Shown piece after piece: positions 17,099-27,118 of a stretch of DNA of 64,000 nt. Position 1 is the stretch's first letter; each line of letters begins with the position of its first letter. The DNA is from an uncultured Gammaproteobacteria bacterium. Its GTDB lineage: Bacteria > Patescibacteriota > Microgenomatia > Levybacterales > GWA1-39-11. The stretch lies in the NCBI GenBank assembly GCA_964427615.1, contig CAYRUR010000002.1, positions 17,847 to 81,846 on the forward strand, given 5' to 3'. The position numbers and the translations under genes are program-made. The notes below the pieces were generated by a model. The model was not told where the DNA came from. It searched no databases and was given only the letters and a program-made list of their open reading frames with translations.

Positions 17099-17905
17099 AA
17101 CAATAAGGAAAATAAACCTGCCCATATTTTCCCTCTTGACATTTGCACGCTTATGTCGTAAAAGTATTATTGTGCGACATATTATATTGTACTATCCTAC
17201 TGGGTAAGAGTAGTATTTTTTAATGCAACATATTCGTTTCATTCTTATTACAAATACACATTATTTGTGGTACCGAGAGGTATAATTTTGCTCCTATCTT
17301 ATACCTCTCTCAAGGGTCTTTTCGTAAGGCCCAAATGATACAAAAAAAGTAAGAAAATTAAGGCAGATAGCACTCCATAAGGTAATATGTTAAATATAAT
17401 TTACATCACTCGTTTGGAGCATAAAATCAGTGTTTTTTGAATATTTAGCTTCAAATTTTAGTAGAATAGTACCTTTTGTAAAGAGGTAGATGAGGCTAAA
17501 ATGTAAAAGCTTGTTCGATTTTTTTTCGTATTACACTCGGCAAAGAGAAAGAGATAAAAATATCACATGCAGCTACATACTGACAAGGGCGTGAAAACTC
17601 GCCTCTTTGTACCTGTGAAAAGTGAAGTTTTCCACATTATTAAAATTATAGGTCTATTTTATTTATTATAGGTCTATATTTTGATAGTATCAAACTATAT
17701 CATCTTACTCCCCTCTCCTACTCATTTCTCCCCTCTATTCTGCTCGTTTTCTAAGTACAAATCAGGTACAAAATTATTTTCAAAAAATCCTTTATTTGAA
17801 AATAAAAAAGATACACCTTCCAAATGCTTAAAGATAGCTAGAATTAGCCCTCAACATCCATATCCACTCTCTACCCCAAAATCTAGGTTCAAATAGGTTC
17901 AAAAA

Positions 17906-18300
17906 ATGAGTATTAAGTATTAAGAAGTAAGTATAGAAAGAAATTCAAAACGCAAAAGTAAAAAGTCAAAAGTTTTGAAATAAACTTCCACCTTATAAAA
18001 TTTGTCATTCCAGACTTGATCTGGAATCCATGTCTTCATTCTCTGGATCCTGGATCAAGTCCAGGATGACATATTTATGTTTGTTTTAATAACTGTTCTA
18101 AACCCCAACCGCTAAACACTTGTTTTCTATGCTCTATTTTCTGTTTACTGCTTTCTGACTTCTTTTCATTCTTAAATCTTGAATCATAAATCCTAAATCT
18201 TATTTTCTGTTCTCTGTTTACTGTTTACTGTTTTCTTTTCCTAATTCTTAATTCATAATTCTTAATTCGTTTCTCTAATCCCTAATCTCTAAACACTCCT
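17906..18300. repeat. Mosaic of 7-mer tandem tracts with a REP-like inverted pair
   Basis: AAGTATT, CAAAAGT, TCTGTTT/ACTGTTT, TAAATCT and TAATTCT tracts; inverted palindromic pair at 18003-18030 and 18044-18071. Confidence 0.8.
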
Positions 18301-18313
18301 TTACTTCCCACCG

Positions 18314-19111
18314 TCATATTCCCCACTTAGAAAACGCGATGAGGATAAAAACTGCCAAAAACCCTACCCACAAATATTCCCAAAGAATACCTTTGAAAAG
18401 ATGTTTTTCTACCCATGCATGAGACAAACCCAAGTAAGTGTAAAAAATACCAATCAAAAAAATAGAATAAATAGATGCATCTACTGGCCAAACAATAAGC
18501 GCAAATGATAACTGAGTTATCATCAGAGAAATAAGTAAAGAAAGTATGGCAATTTCTTTCATCCGTTCCCTTTCCAAAGCATATGCCCACAAAGACTGAA
18601 ATGTGAGTAAAAATACAATTACAGAAAGCACTAGTGGGGGTACAAACGGCGCAAAACGCAGTGAAAATACGATATTTATCAAGAAAAATAAAACAAGCAA
18701 CGTAATAACAAAAGACACAATACGTGCGCTTCGCAACAAATTAATAGTTCTTATAGCAGAGATTGCAAAGATATTCTGTGCTAAAAATAACGAGTAAAGC
18801 CCAAATGCATACACAAAAGTACTTAATAGCATCGTAACTACTCGTGAAGGAATAAGCAGATAGAAAAATGAAAAAGAAAGAGAATACAAAAATGGCAGAA
18901 TGTAAATAGGAATCGCAAACACTGCCTGCGTATCTTTTTTCACAATCAAAAAAAAGAACCCTACCGTCAACAAGGAAAGAACAAGTCCAAGTGCTAAGTG
19001 AATAGCACCACTAAAAAACCCTGAGGTGAAAAAAAATGCTGAAAGAAAAAAGACACAGGCAACAAATTTTTGTCTTTTATTAAAATTAACAGGTATTTTT
19101 GGAACACGCAT
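18314..19111 (-). CDS. Polytopic membrane protein of unknown function
   Basis: 265 aa, about 9 hydrophobic segments. Confidence 0.8.
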   Translation of the reverse strand: MRVPKIPVNFNKRQKFVACVFFLSAFFFTSGFFSGAIHLALGLVLSLLTVGFFFLIVKKDTQAVFAIPIYILPFLYSLSFSFFYLLIPSRVVTMLLSTFVYAFGLYSLFLAQNIFAISAIRTINLLRSARIVSFVITLLVLFFLINIVFSLRFAPFVPPLVLSVIVFLLTFQSLWAYALERERMKEIAILSLLISLMITQLSFALIVWPVDASIYSIFLIGIFYTYLGLSHAWVEKHLFKGILWEYLWVGFLAVFILIAFSKWGI

Positions 19112-19331
19112 ACAATTACAAACTCATTATGGGTCAGATTGTTTAAAAAACAGATACTAACAATCACTAATTATAGTCTATCACTTCCCTCATTTCCACT
19201 TTCACTGCTTTGGTTTAGGATTAGATTATTGTTTATTGATTATTAGCGGGTTAACGAGTTGGAAGACGAAGAGTTTGTAAACCTCGATCAAATGTAGTGC
19301 TTAGAATTTATACTATGACTATAGGATATTT

Positions 19332-20069
19332 CTATTGCTGCACGAAATCTGCATTACTGTAGACACTTTGTACATCATCATGCTCTTCTAGTTTTTCTAA
19401 AAGATTCATCACTCTATTCTGCACTTGCGTATCAGAAACCTCAATAGTTGTATTTGGCTTGTATACAATTTCCGCATTTTCTATTACCAAACCTGCACTT
19501 TCAATTCCTTTCTTAACTGCCTGAAAATCAGTTACAGAAGTACTGATAACCACACTTTCACCCTCTTCTTCTACATCCTCCGCTCCTAACTCCAATGCTA
19601 TATTTAGTATTTCATCCATTGACTTCCCATTTTTTTGTACCACCAGTTCTCCCATGTGTGAAAAAAGATAAGCAACAGATCCGGGATTACCAAATGATCC
19701 TCCATTTTTATCAAATATATTTTTTACTTCAGCTACCGTTCTTTGGTTTTTATCTGTTACAGCTTCGACAATAATTGCTACTCCTCCAGGAGCAAATCCT
19801 TCATACACAACTTCCTCAAGTACTATTCCATCTCCTGCGCCTGCTCCTTTGGCAATTGCTCTGTCAATATTATCTTTGGGCATATTAGCAGCCTTTGCCT
19901 TATCAACTGCAAGTCTTAATTTAAAATTTGACTCAGGGTCAGTAATACCTCCACCCTGCTTCACTGCAATAGTGATTGCATTGGATAACTTACTAAAAGC
20001 CTGACCCCTTTTTTGGTCAGCTGCACCCTTTTGTCTTTTAATTGTTGACCACTTACTGTGTCCACTCAT
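19332..20069 (-). CDS. yebC: YebC/PmpR family protein
   Basis: MSGHSKWSTIKRQKG N-terminus; YEG..PGG motif. Confidence 0.97.
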   Translation of the reverse strand: MSGHSKWSTIKRQKGAADQKRGQAFSKLSNAITIAVKQGGGITDPESNFKLRLAVDKAKAANMPKDNIDRAIAKGAGAGDGIVLEEVVYEGFAPGGVAIIVEAVTDKNQRTVAEVKNIFDKNGGSFGNPGSVAYLFSHMGELVVQKNGKSMDEILNIALELGAEDVEEEGESVVISTSVTDFQAVKKGIESAGLVIENAEIVYKPNTTIEVSDTQVQNRVMNLLEKLEEHDDVQSVYSNADFVQQ

Positions 20070-20138
20070 AGCCTCTCATTATACAGCAGTTACCTTGACT
20101 TTTTCAATAAAACTGGTTAAAATAGCATATCTCACACA

Positions 20139-20765
20139 ATGGCACCTCTCAAAGATTTAGCTATAAAACACGCATTACAAAACAACTGGCAAGAAGCAAT
20201 AGAAGCAAATCAACAGTTGCTTGAAGAAAACCCTTCTGATATTGACACCTTAAATAGATTAGCCTTTGCTTACTTAAAATCAAACCACATTGAAGAAGCA
20301 AAAGAATGCTACAGTAAAGTACTGCAACTGGATGCAACTAACCCTATTGCTCTCAAAAACTTAAAAAAAATCGACACAATTGCTCTAAATGGTAACCCAG
20401 TTCATTCAAATGGAAAAGCTGCTCTTTCTTTGGAAAATTTATTTATAGAAGAAGCAGGAAAAACAAAAGTTATTGAGTTAAAAAACATTACTGATAAAAA
20501 GACACTCTCCAATATTCAACCAGGAGATAGCGTAAAACTGGTTATCAAAAGATCTAAAATATTTGTCCAAACCCCAGACGCTACTTATATTGGAATGCTT
20601 CCTGATCAGATGGGAGCTCGACTTATTTCACTTATCCAAGGAGGAAATGAATATCAAGCATATATAAAAGGACTTAGTGAAAAATCAGTAACTATCTTTG
20701 TGAAGGAAATAAAACGATCAAAAAAGTTTAAAGACTTTGCCTCTTTTAGCACGGTAAATGTCTAA
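20139..20765 (+). CDS. Tetratricopeptide repeat protein
   Basis: N-terminal TPRs (LNRLAFAY...EAKECYSKVLQLD) and a HIRAN-like beta C-terminus. Confidence 0.8.
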   Translation: MAPLKDLAIKHALQNNWQEAIEANQQLLEENPSDIDTLNRLAFAYLKSNHIEEAKECYSKVLQLDATNPIALKNLKKIDTIALNGNPVHSNGKAALSLENLFIEEAGKTKVIELKNITDKKTLSNIQPGDSVKLVIKRSKIFVQTPDATYIGMLPDQMGARLISLIQGGNEYQAYIKGLSEKSVTIFVKEIKRSKKFKDFASFSTVNV

Positions 20766-20767
20766 AT

Positions 20768-20926
20768 TTACTTCTTTTTTGATACACGAAATAGTATTCT
20801 CTCTTTGTGCAACTCTTTTTTCGCCTCTTCTACTTGCCTACCAATACCCTTCTCTTTCCGTAAAGATACAAGACTCCAAAGGAAAGAAATAAGAAGAAGA
20901 GTCAAAGTAACAATCCAAAAATCCAT
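20768..20926 (-). CDS. Small membrane protein, 52 aa (MDFWIVTLTLLLISFLWSLVSLRKEK...), absent from ORF track
   Basis: Open frame with N-terminal TM helix; TGGTATAAT 7 nt upstream of the ATG. Confidence 0.65.
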   Translation of the reverse strand: MDFWIVTLTLLLISFLWSLVSLRKEKGIGRQVEEAKKELHKERILFRVSKKK

Positions 20927-20957
20927 TGCTTGTATTATACCATAAATTTACTACAGG

Positions 20958-21785
20958 CTATTTAAGGAGCTCTTCATGTAAATAAACACTTACATCTGCT
21001 GCTGCAGGTGAAGGACTATAAACAACCGGAATATTTAAAATACGTCCTAGACTGCGGATAGTTTCATTCTCAGGAATCCTTGCAACAATCTGCGATTTAT
21101 CCTTTTTTTCACCGTTTTTGACAAATATGATATTATAACCACCATTTTTAAGCATATGAGAGACATCACCTGCAAATCCATTTACAGAAGTCAGATTTAC
21201 TACCTCCACACTTGTCCCTTCATTAATGATCTCAATACTACGGAATAACTCATTTACTGCATCAATGACGGTTTGATTTCCACTTTGTGTACGAGAGAGC
21301 TCCTGATATACGACTGTTTTTTCTTCAACTTCATCAATAGAACGAGCTAAAAAGAACAATTTGGCAAGATCAAAATTGTTTAAATGTACTCTTGCGTTAT
21401 CAGAAGTAAATAATAGACCAAAGAAAGAACTATAAGAAAAAAAGTCTTTTTTAATATCAGTTGTACTATTAGCTTTTTGCAGTTTGATACTTGCATCCAA
21501 AGGTATTCCTAACGCAATACTTTTTTGTAACAAAGACTTACCATCAAAATCGCCAGGAATGCTCTCAACCTTCAAAACTGCAATTTTTTTACGTTCTTTA
21601 TCTACTTTTATAACAGTAGTTTTATCCGCCTCTACAAGAAAAGTATAGAAAGATGAAGTAAAACTTCTATTTTGAAAAGAAAAAAAAGCCTTACCGCTTA
21701 AAGAAATCAATAAAGCAATGCTTAACAGAAAAAGAAACACCTTTATATATCTCAAATTTGCATGAGTGTTTTTTTTATGAACCAT
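20958..21785 (-). CDS. LytR C-terminal domain membrane protein
   Basis: N-terminal TM helix; VEVVN.T.VNGFA...L...GY and AD V.V motifs. Confidence 0.75.
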   Translation of the reverse strand: MVHKKNTHANLRYIKVFLFLLSIALLISLSGKAFFSFQNRSFTSSFYTFLVEADKTTVIKVDKERKKIAVLKVESIPGDFDGKSLLQKSIALGIPLDASIKLQKANSTTDIKKDFFSYSSFFGLLFTSDNARVHLNNFDLAKLFFLARSIDEVEEKTVVYQELSRTQSGNQTVIDAVNELFRSIEIINEGTSVEVVNLTSVNGFAGDVSHMLKNGGYNIIFVKNGEKKDKSQIVARIPENETIRSLGRILNIPVVYSPSPAAADVSVYLHEELLK

Positions 21786-21805
21786 AGTGTATACAAAATA
21801 AAATT

Positions 21806-22016
21806 AAATTCTAAGCACGAAATTCTAAATTTTAAAAGTTATCGTCATCGCGAAGAAAAGCTTGTTCCCGTGGCGATCTCTTTTTGCAAGGGGATTGCTT
21901 CGTCCGTTTTACTTACTCGCAATGACGGATACCATTCTCTTCTTGCTTTATAAACTTTACAAACTTTCTACTACCTCCAACTCGTTAACTCTTTAACTAG
22001 CAACCCATTAACTAAC
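21806..22016. repeat. 7-mer tract, CGTC-type REP-like hairpin and AACTCGTT motif
   Basis: AAATTCT tract 21806-21831; CGTCATCGCGA...TCGCAATGACG 21843-21927; 34-bp motif 21978-22012. Confidence 0.75.
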
Positions 22017-22022
22017 TTGTCC

Positions 22023-23696
22023 CTAGCTAAACGCTGCTGCCCCTTTTTGCTTCAAAAGCCGGATTTTATCAAGATTATCTTCTTCTATAATATGAGCCAC
22101 GTGCACACCTCCTGAAAAATGAGGAATAACTACATAATCAGCTCCATGTTTGTACAGCATTTTTTCATCATCTCCATTTTGAGCAAACACAATAACTTTT
22201 GCTTTTTTATTCATCTTATGAATGGAATCAAGCAAAATAAGATTATCCTTTACATCAGGAACTGTCGAGATAATCACTTTAGCAGTATGCAAATGTGCTT
22301 TTTCTTGAATCTCATGATCCGCAATATCACCAAATAATGATAATCCATTTTTCTCTTGTATTTTTTTCACGATATCCGGATTGAAATCAACTACTACAAA
22401 GGTGTGACTACTCTGCTCTAGTGCATGTAAAATACTCATCCCAGTTCTATTGGCGCCAATTAACACTACATGATCTTTCAATTCACCCAATTCCATATGG
22501 TGCTCTACTCCCTTCTTTCTTTCCATAAAGGAAAGATAGCGATGCATTTTTTTATAAATATCATTTCCATGTAAAATAAAGTAAGTAGAGAAAACAAAAG
22601 TAACAACGCCAACAAAAGTAATAGTCGAAACAACCTCTGCAGGAATATGTCCTAAATTATGTCCCATGAAAGCAAGAATAAAACTAAACTCAGAAATTTG
22701 ACCCAAAATTAGTCCGGTAAAAAAGGACGTTCTCTTACGATACCCCATCAGTCCTAAAATAGAAATGACTACAAGAGGGCCTCCTATAAGCACAAAAAAT
22801 GACAGAATAGTTGCTGGAATGACAATAGAAAGCATATCAGCAAAAACCATGTTCATTCCCAGTGATACAAAAAACAACGTGATGAAAAAGTCTCGCAGTG
22901 GTCTCACACGTGCACTGATTTGGAAATGCTCTGTGGAATTAGCTAGTGCAAGACCCGCTAGAAACCCTCCGATTTCAATTGAAAATCCAATCAATGGGGA
23001 ACTCACCAACGCCGCCACACCAAAAGCCCATGCAATGCTAAATAGAAATAACAGTTCTGAAGAACTTGAAACATAACTAATAATTTTAGGAAGTACATAC
23101 TTACTCAAATAAATAACAATTCCAAAAAGTGCAGCAACTTTTGCCAACACAAATGCAAAATCAAAAATAGTTAACCCAGATGAATTCTCAAATCCGGAAA
23201 GAATAACCAAAGTGAGAATAGCAACAAAATCCTGAATCAGTAAAATTCCAATTGCAATTTTTCCGTATAAGCTGTTGAGATCTCGTTTATCAGATAATAA
23301 TTTAACAATAATAATTGTACTGGAAAATGTTAATCCAATGGCAAGATATACTGAAGAAACGAGAGAAAAACCCAGAGCTAGAGAAAGCAAAAAACCTAAG
23401 AGTGCGGTAATAACTACTTGTCCTACTCCAGCAACGACCGCAACTTTACCTACTGATTTCAATTCCTGGAATCGCAACTCCAATCCTAAAGTAAATAACA
23501 AAAGTGTAATACCAAATTCTGATAACACCTGTAATACTTCCTGCCCATCACGAATTTGAAAAAGAGCTAAAGGTCCTACAATAATACCAGTGAGAAGGTA
23601 GGCAAGAATTGGTGGCTGTTTTAAAAAACGAAAGATAAGAGAAAAAACAACTGCAATACAAATTACACTGGTAATTTCAAAAAAAATAAATTCCAT
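22023..23696 (-). CDS. Cation:proton antiporter (CPA2/Kef-type) with TrkA-N domain
   Basis: LLFTLGLE, FSSTIII.K and GGFLAGL motifs; C-terminal HVVLIGA.RTG Rossmann fold. Confidence 0.92.
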   Translation of the reverse strand: MEFIFFEITSVICIAVVFSLIFRFLKQPPILAYLLTGIIVGPLALFQIRDGQEVLQVLSEFGITLLLFTLGLELRFQELKSVGKVAVVAGVGQVVITALLGFLLSLALGFSLVSSVYLAIGLTFSSTIIIVKLLSDKRDLNSLYGKIAIGILLIQDFVAILTLVILSGFENSSGLTIFDFAFVLAKVAALFGIVIYLSKYVLPKIISYVSSSSELLFLFSIAWAFGVAALVSSPLIGFSIEIGGFLAGLALANSTEHFQISARVRPLRDFFITLFFVSLGMNMVFADMLSIVIPATILSFFVLIGGPLVVISILGLMGYRKRTSFFTGLILGQISEFSFILAFMGHNLGHIPAEVVSTITFVGVVTFVFSTYFILHGNDIYKKMHRYLSFMERKKGVEHHMELGELKDHVVLIGANRTGMSILHALEQSSHTFVVVDFNPDIVKKIQEKNGLSLFGDIADHEIQEKAHLHTAKVIISTVPDVKDNLILLDSIHKMNKKAKVIVFAQNGDDEKMLYKHGADYVVIPHFSGGVHVAHIIEEDNLDKIRLLKQKGAAAFS

Positions 23697-23728
23697 TGTT
23701 TTAGTCTAGCATTTCACCGAGATACTAT

Positions 23729-24499
23729 TCAACGAGCAGGAGCATCCAGAGGCTCCAACTGCTCTAAAAATACTGATAATTCTTCAGGTAGGTCAGATAC
23801 AATAGATATCTCTTTTTTTGTCTCAGGATGCATAAAAGATATCTTATGAGCATGCAAAAAAAGTCTGGGTACATATTTTCTATCAAGCTTCATATTTTTC
23901 CTGCCTGCATACAAGGGATCAGCAAATAAGGGATGACCGATATGCAAAAAATGAACTCTAATTTGATGCGTTCTTCCTGTTTGAGGATACGCTTCTACTA
24001 GACTTACTATCTCCTCTTTCTTATTTGCTTTAAATAACCGATACTCTTTTACTTGATATCGAGTAAGTGATTCTCTTCCCTGAGGCAGTACCCCAAAACG
24101 CTTTCTATTCCAAGGAAGCCTACCTAATGGAACATTTATTTCACCAGTTGCAGGAACTATCTTACCATGTGTTAATGCTAGGTACGTTTTTTTTATTGTC
24201 CCTGCCTTAAACTGCGCCATTAAGTCCAGTAAAACAGAAGGCGTTTTGGCAATTAATAAAATACCTGATGTCTCTTTATCAATACGATGAGCAATACCTG
24301 AGCGAGACTGAAAAATCAGATCTTCCTCCGTCGTGTCTGACATATAATACCCTTCTCTCTGCTCTGCCCATTCTTGTACTGTAGTATGGTAACGCGCTGT
24401 GTCTGATTTGTTGACTATCATGCCTGCGGGTTTATCTATAACAAGAAGCGCATCATCTTCATATAAAATGGAGATTGGCAGAATCTGCTGGTTATTCAT
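23729..24499 (-). CDS. RluA/RluD family pseudouridine synthase
   Basis: DKPAG, HRIDKETSG and TGRTHQIRVH motifs. Confidence 0.95.
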   Translation of the reverse strand: MNNQQILPISILYEDDALLVIDKPAGMIVNKSDTARYHTTVQEWAEQREGYYMSDTTEEDLIFQSRSGIAHRIDKETSGILLIAKTPSVLLDLMAQFKAGTIKKTYLALTHGKIVPATGEINVPLGRLPWNRKRFGVLPQGRESLTRYQVKEYRLFKANKKEEIVSLVEAYPQTGRTHQIRVHFLHIGHPLFADPLYAGRKNMKLDRKYVPRLFLHAHKISFMHPETKKEISIVSDLPEELSVFLEQLEPLDAPAR

Positions 24500-25179
24500 T
24501 TACGTCTCCTTTTAAACACGATTTGTTGGTTTATCAGCAAGAGGATTCCTGCAACAAAAAATAATCCCATACATAACAGCTGTGAGAAAGAAAAATGAAA
24601 GAAAAGATCAGCGCTTTGTGTAAAAAATAATAATGCTAAAGTGTGCAAACATACCAACATAACTACTAAAAGTGCCACACTTCCATCTCTAAGCGTGTAA
24701 TTGTTGTGAAATTTTATTAACAACGCAAATATTGCTACCAATAGTAAAAAAACTACTCCCTGTGCGTATCCATAGTAAGAAGGTAAAAGAACACTTACCG
24801 TACTTAAAAGAAAAAGAGGAAAAAGAGACAATCCATAGATATCATATACGCGTAACATTGTTTTTTTCTGATGAAAGAAAAAGTACAAAACTGCTGCCAT
24901 GCCCAATATAAAACCAAAAAAAGAAAGACCCGAAAACTTGAAAATATAAAAAAATTGTAATGGATGTATCCAATCAAACTGCAATGTGTCAAAAATAAAA
25001 AATAAGCGCGCCGGAATAAAAGAGATGGCAAAAGCAATAAAAGCAACATCAAATACTCGTGATAGCGAAATATTTTTTCTTAATAACACAAAATCATTTT
25101 TTGATAACACATACAAAACAAACAGTGAAATAACTGAGGCAACAAAAAAAGAAAGATAATAAATAATAGTTAAAGTCAT
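24496..25179 (-). CDS. Divergent Lgt-like membrane protein
   Basis: ARLFF and GLSFFG resemble Lgt motifs; multiple TM helices; adjacent to the rluA-family gene. Confidence 0.55.
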   Translation of the reverse strand: MTLTIIYYLSFFVASVISLFVLYVLSKNDFVLLRKNISLSRVFDVAFIAFAISFIPARLFFIFDTLQFDWIHPLQFFYIFKFSGLSFFGFILGMAAVLYFFFHQKKTMLRVYDIYGLSLFPLFLLSTVSVLLPSYYGYAQGVVFLLLVAIFALLIKFHNNYTLRDGSVALLVVMLVCLHTLALLFFTQSADLFFHFSFSQLLCMGLFFVAGILLLINQQIVFKRRRK

Positions 25180-26552
25180 CTTTTAATTAGGTTCACTATT
25201 CTTCTAAAAATAGAGACATGATGAGCAAGTAATTGTACTCTGATAAGCCCTACTGTAGCAATAGATAAGCCAATACCCATCAACACACTTCCTACTCCAA
25301 AGATATCAGCAAGGCCTCCGGCAAGAATAACTGGAACCAAAGAAAACACACCCACCAAAGCAAAAAGCAATCCATATATTTTTGAGCGGAAATTTTCCGG
25401 TGCCATTTCCTGAATTATTGCCTGACTCGGCACAAATACCATAGCATTTCCTACTCCCGCAAAAAAAGAAATAACCAGTGCTAGACTTAGTACGTCTACT
25501 TCTAACCGTGCTGGCAAAAGTGTATTCAAAGTACCAATTACCTCACTATGCGCAATGGAAGTAATGAAAGGAAACAAAAGAAGCACAAAGCCTGACAAAA
25601 ATAACCCGTAATTCATCAAGTTATCTTTACTTTTAACACTGTTCACTCCTCCAATCAACAACGCTGAAAACATAAGTCCGAATGCTGCCGGTGCAAATAC
25701 GAGCAACGAAACATCTTCTGTGGGAACCTGCAAAATACCTTTGGCATATCCAGGAATAACTGTTGCCAACACCAAAATAATAACTTGTGAAAAAATAAGT
25801 AAAAAGAATGCTCCTCGCAATTTTCCACTTTTTCTTAAAATTGCGTAACTATCTAAAAATTCTCTTCTTACTGCATTTTTTAAATCTTTTAACAAATGTT
25901 TTAGCGAAAGCCCTCCTGTCTTTGTTTTTTCCGGAGGGATAGAAAAAGCAGAGACTGAGGCAATAAGAAACAAAATAGAAAGCAGGATAAATACATGGGT
26001 CCTTCCCAAAAGCGTCAAAGCGGGTCCTGCAAGGACATACGCTATTAAGATAGACCCAAACAAATTAAGTCCAAAAATAGAGTTAGCAGCTATCAGTTGT
26101 TTTCTACCTACCAGATGAGGAATCAAAGGCGGTTCTGCAGGCACATAAAATTGAGTAATAATGGCAATTGCCAGAGCTACCAAATACATTACAAATACAG
26201 ACTGAATATTAAAAAATAGAACTACCAGAGCAAGTGCACGCAATATGTTTCCAAACACCAATATTTTAGGTTTACTGATATGATCTGCCACAATACCTCC
26301 AATAAAAGAAAAAATAATTTGAGGAATCAAAAAAATAAGAATCAACATAGATACCGCAAAATTAGAAGAAGTCAGATAAAACACCAAAAAAATTAAAATG
26401 ATGTTCATCATATTAAAGGCAATTTGAGAAAAAATAACAGAAAGAGAGAAATAAAAATAAGGAGGATATGATAACACTTTTAAGATGTGAAAATTTTCAA
26501 ACGCACGAGATATTTGTTTTGCCTTCTTTGATAAGAGGTTTTTTCTATTCAT
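25176..26552 (-). CDS. MFS transporter
   Basis: About 12 TM helices; GGIVADHISK motif A. Confidence 0.9.
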   Translation of the reverse strand: MNRKNLLSKKAKQISRAFENFHILKVLSYPPYFYFSLSVIFSQIAFNMMNIILIFLVFYLTSSNFAVSMLILIFLIPQIIFSFIGGIVADHISKPKILVFGNILRALALVVLFFNIQSVFVMYLVALAIAIITQFYVPAEPPLIPHLVGRKQLIAANSIFGLNLFGSILIAYVLAGPALTLLGRTHVFILLSILFLIASVSAFSIPPEKTKTGGLSLKHLLKDLKNAVRREFLDSYAILRKSGKLRGAFFLLIFSQVIILVLATVIPGYAKGILQVPTEDVSLLVFAPAAFGLMFSALLIGGVNSVKSKDNLMNYGLFLSGFVLLLFPFITSIAHSEVIGTLNTLLPARLEVDVLSLALVISFFAGVGNAMVFVPSQAIIQEMAPENFRSKIYGLLFALVGVFSLVPVILAGGLADIFGVGSVLMGIGLSIATVGLIRVQLLAHHVSIFRRIVNLIKR

Positions 26553-26563
26553 ACATGAGGCTT

Positions 26564-27118
26564 TTATGCTCTTTTGGTATAACTTCCGTCCCGAGTATCA
26601 ACTACAACCTTATCATCTACTTCAATAAAAAGAGGAACTCTTACCTTCATGCCATTTTCCAGCACTGCGTCTTTATACACATTACTAGCTGAATCCCCTC
26701 TCACTCCCGGTGCAGTATCTACAATTTTCATGGTTACTTTTGGAGGAAGCATCAGACCCAAAGGTTCTTCCTGATAAAATTGTACGGTAGCCGTATCTCC
26801 TTCTACAAGAAATTCATGGCCTGGTAATAGCGAAATTTCCACTTGAATTTGTTCGTACGTTTCAGGATCCATAAAGTAAGCATTCTCATCATCTTTATAC
26901 AAAAACTGAAGCTCTCTTTTCTGGACATGTATGTTCTGCACTTGTGCTCCACTTATATATCCTCTCTCAACAATAGAGCCACTTCTGATATTGCGCACCT
27001 TTACTTTAATATTGGCAGAACCCCTTCCCATTTTAATGTGCTCATAAGATAGCACTTGGTAGATGTGTCCGTCCTCCTCGTAAGCAGTCCCTGCTCGTAG
27101 CTCTGTAACAGAAATCAT
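26564..27118 (-). CDS. efp: Elongation factor P
   Basis: HIKMGRGSA loop, PGVRGDS and VPLFI...DTR.G.Y motifs. Confidence 0.97.
   Translation of the reverse strand: MISVTELRAGTAYEEDGHIYQVLSYEHIKMGRGSANIKVKVRNIRSGSIVERGYISGAQVQNIHVQKRELQFLYKDDENAYFMDPETYEQIQVEISLLPGHEFLVEGDTATVQFYQEEPLGLMLPPKVTMKIVDTAPGVRGDSASNVYKDAVLENGMKVRVPLFIEVDDKVVVDTRDGSYTKRA

Larger units (their letters stand above)
1..17903 (+). mobile_element. Prophage (podovirus-like late module: tail, ejection, fibres, lysis, HNH); left part outside window, right boundary approximate
   Basis: Co-oriented + strand virion and lysis genes 38-16655, then host housekeeping genes from 18314. Host-type 7-mer tracts begin at ~17906. No integrase or att core can be identified in the window. 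Confidence 0.85.

Noticed and set aside
16263-17335. HNH plus downstream structured region as an IscB/OMEGA-type RNA-guided system
   Set aside because: The protein is 130 aa with no RuvC motifs or PLMP N-terminus; stand-alone HNH genes are common in phages.
17681-17896. 71-aa + strand ORF
   Set aside because: TTG start, low-complexity sequence overlapping the decamer repeats, no RBS.
17906-18300. Repeat region as a CRISPR array
   Set aside because: No constant 25-40 bp repeat with unique spacers and no cas genes in the window.
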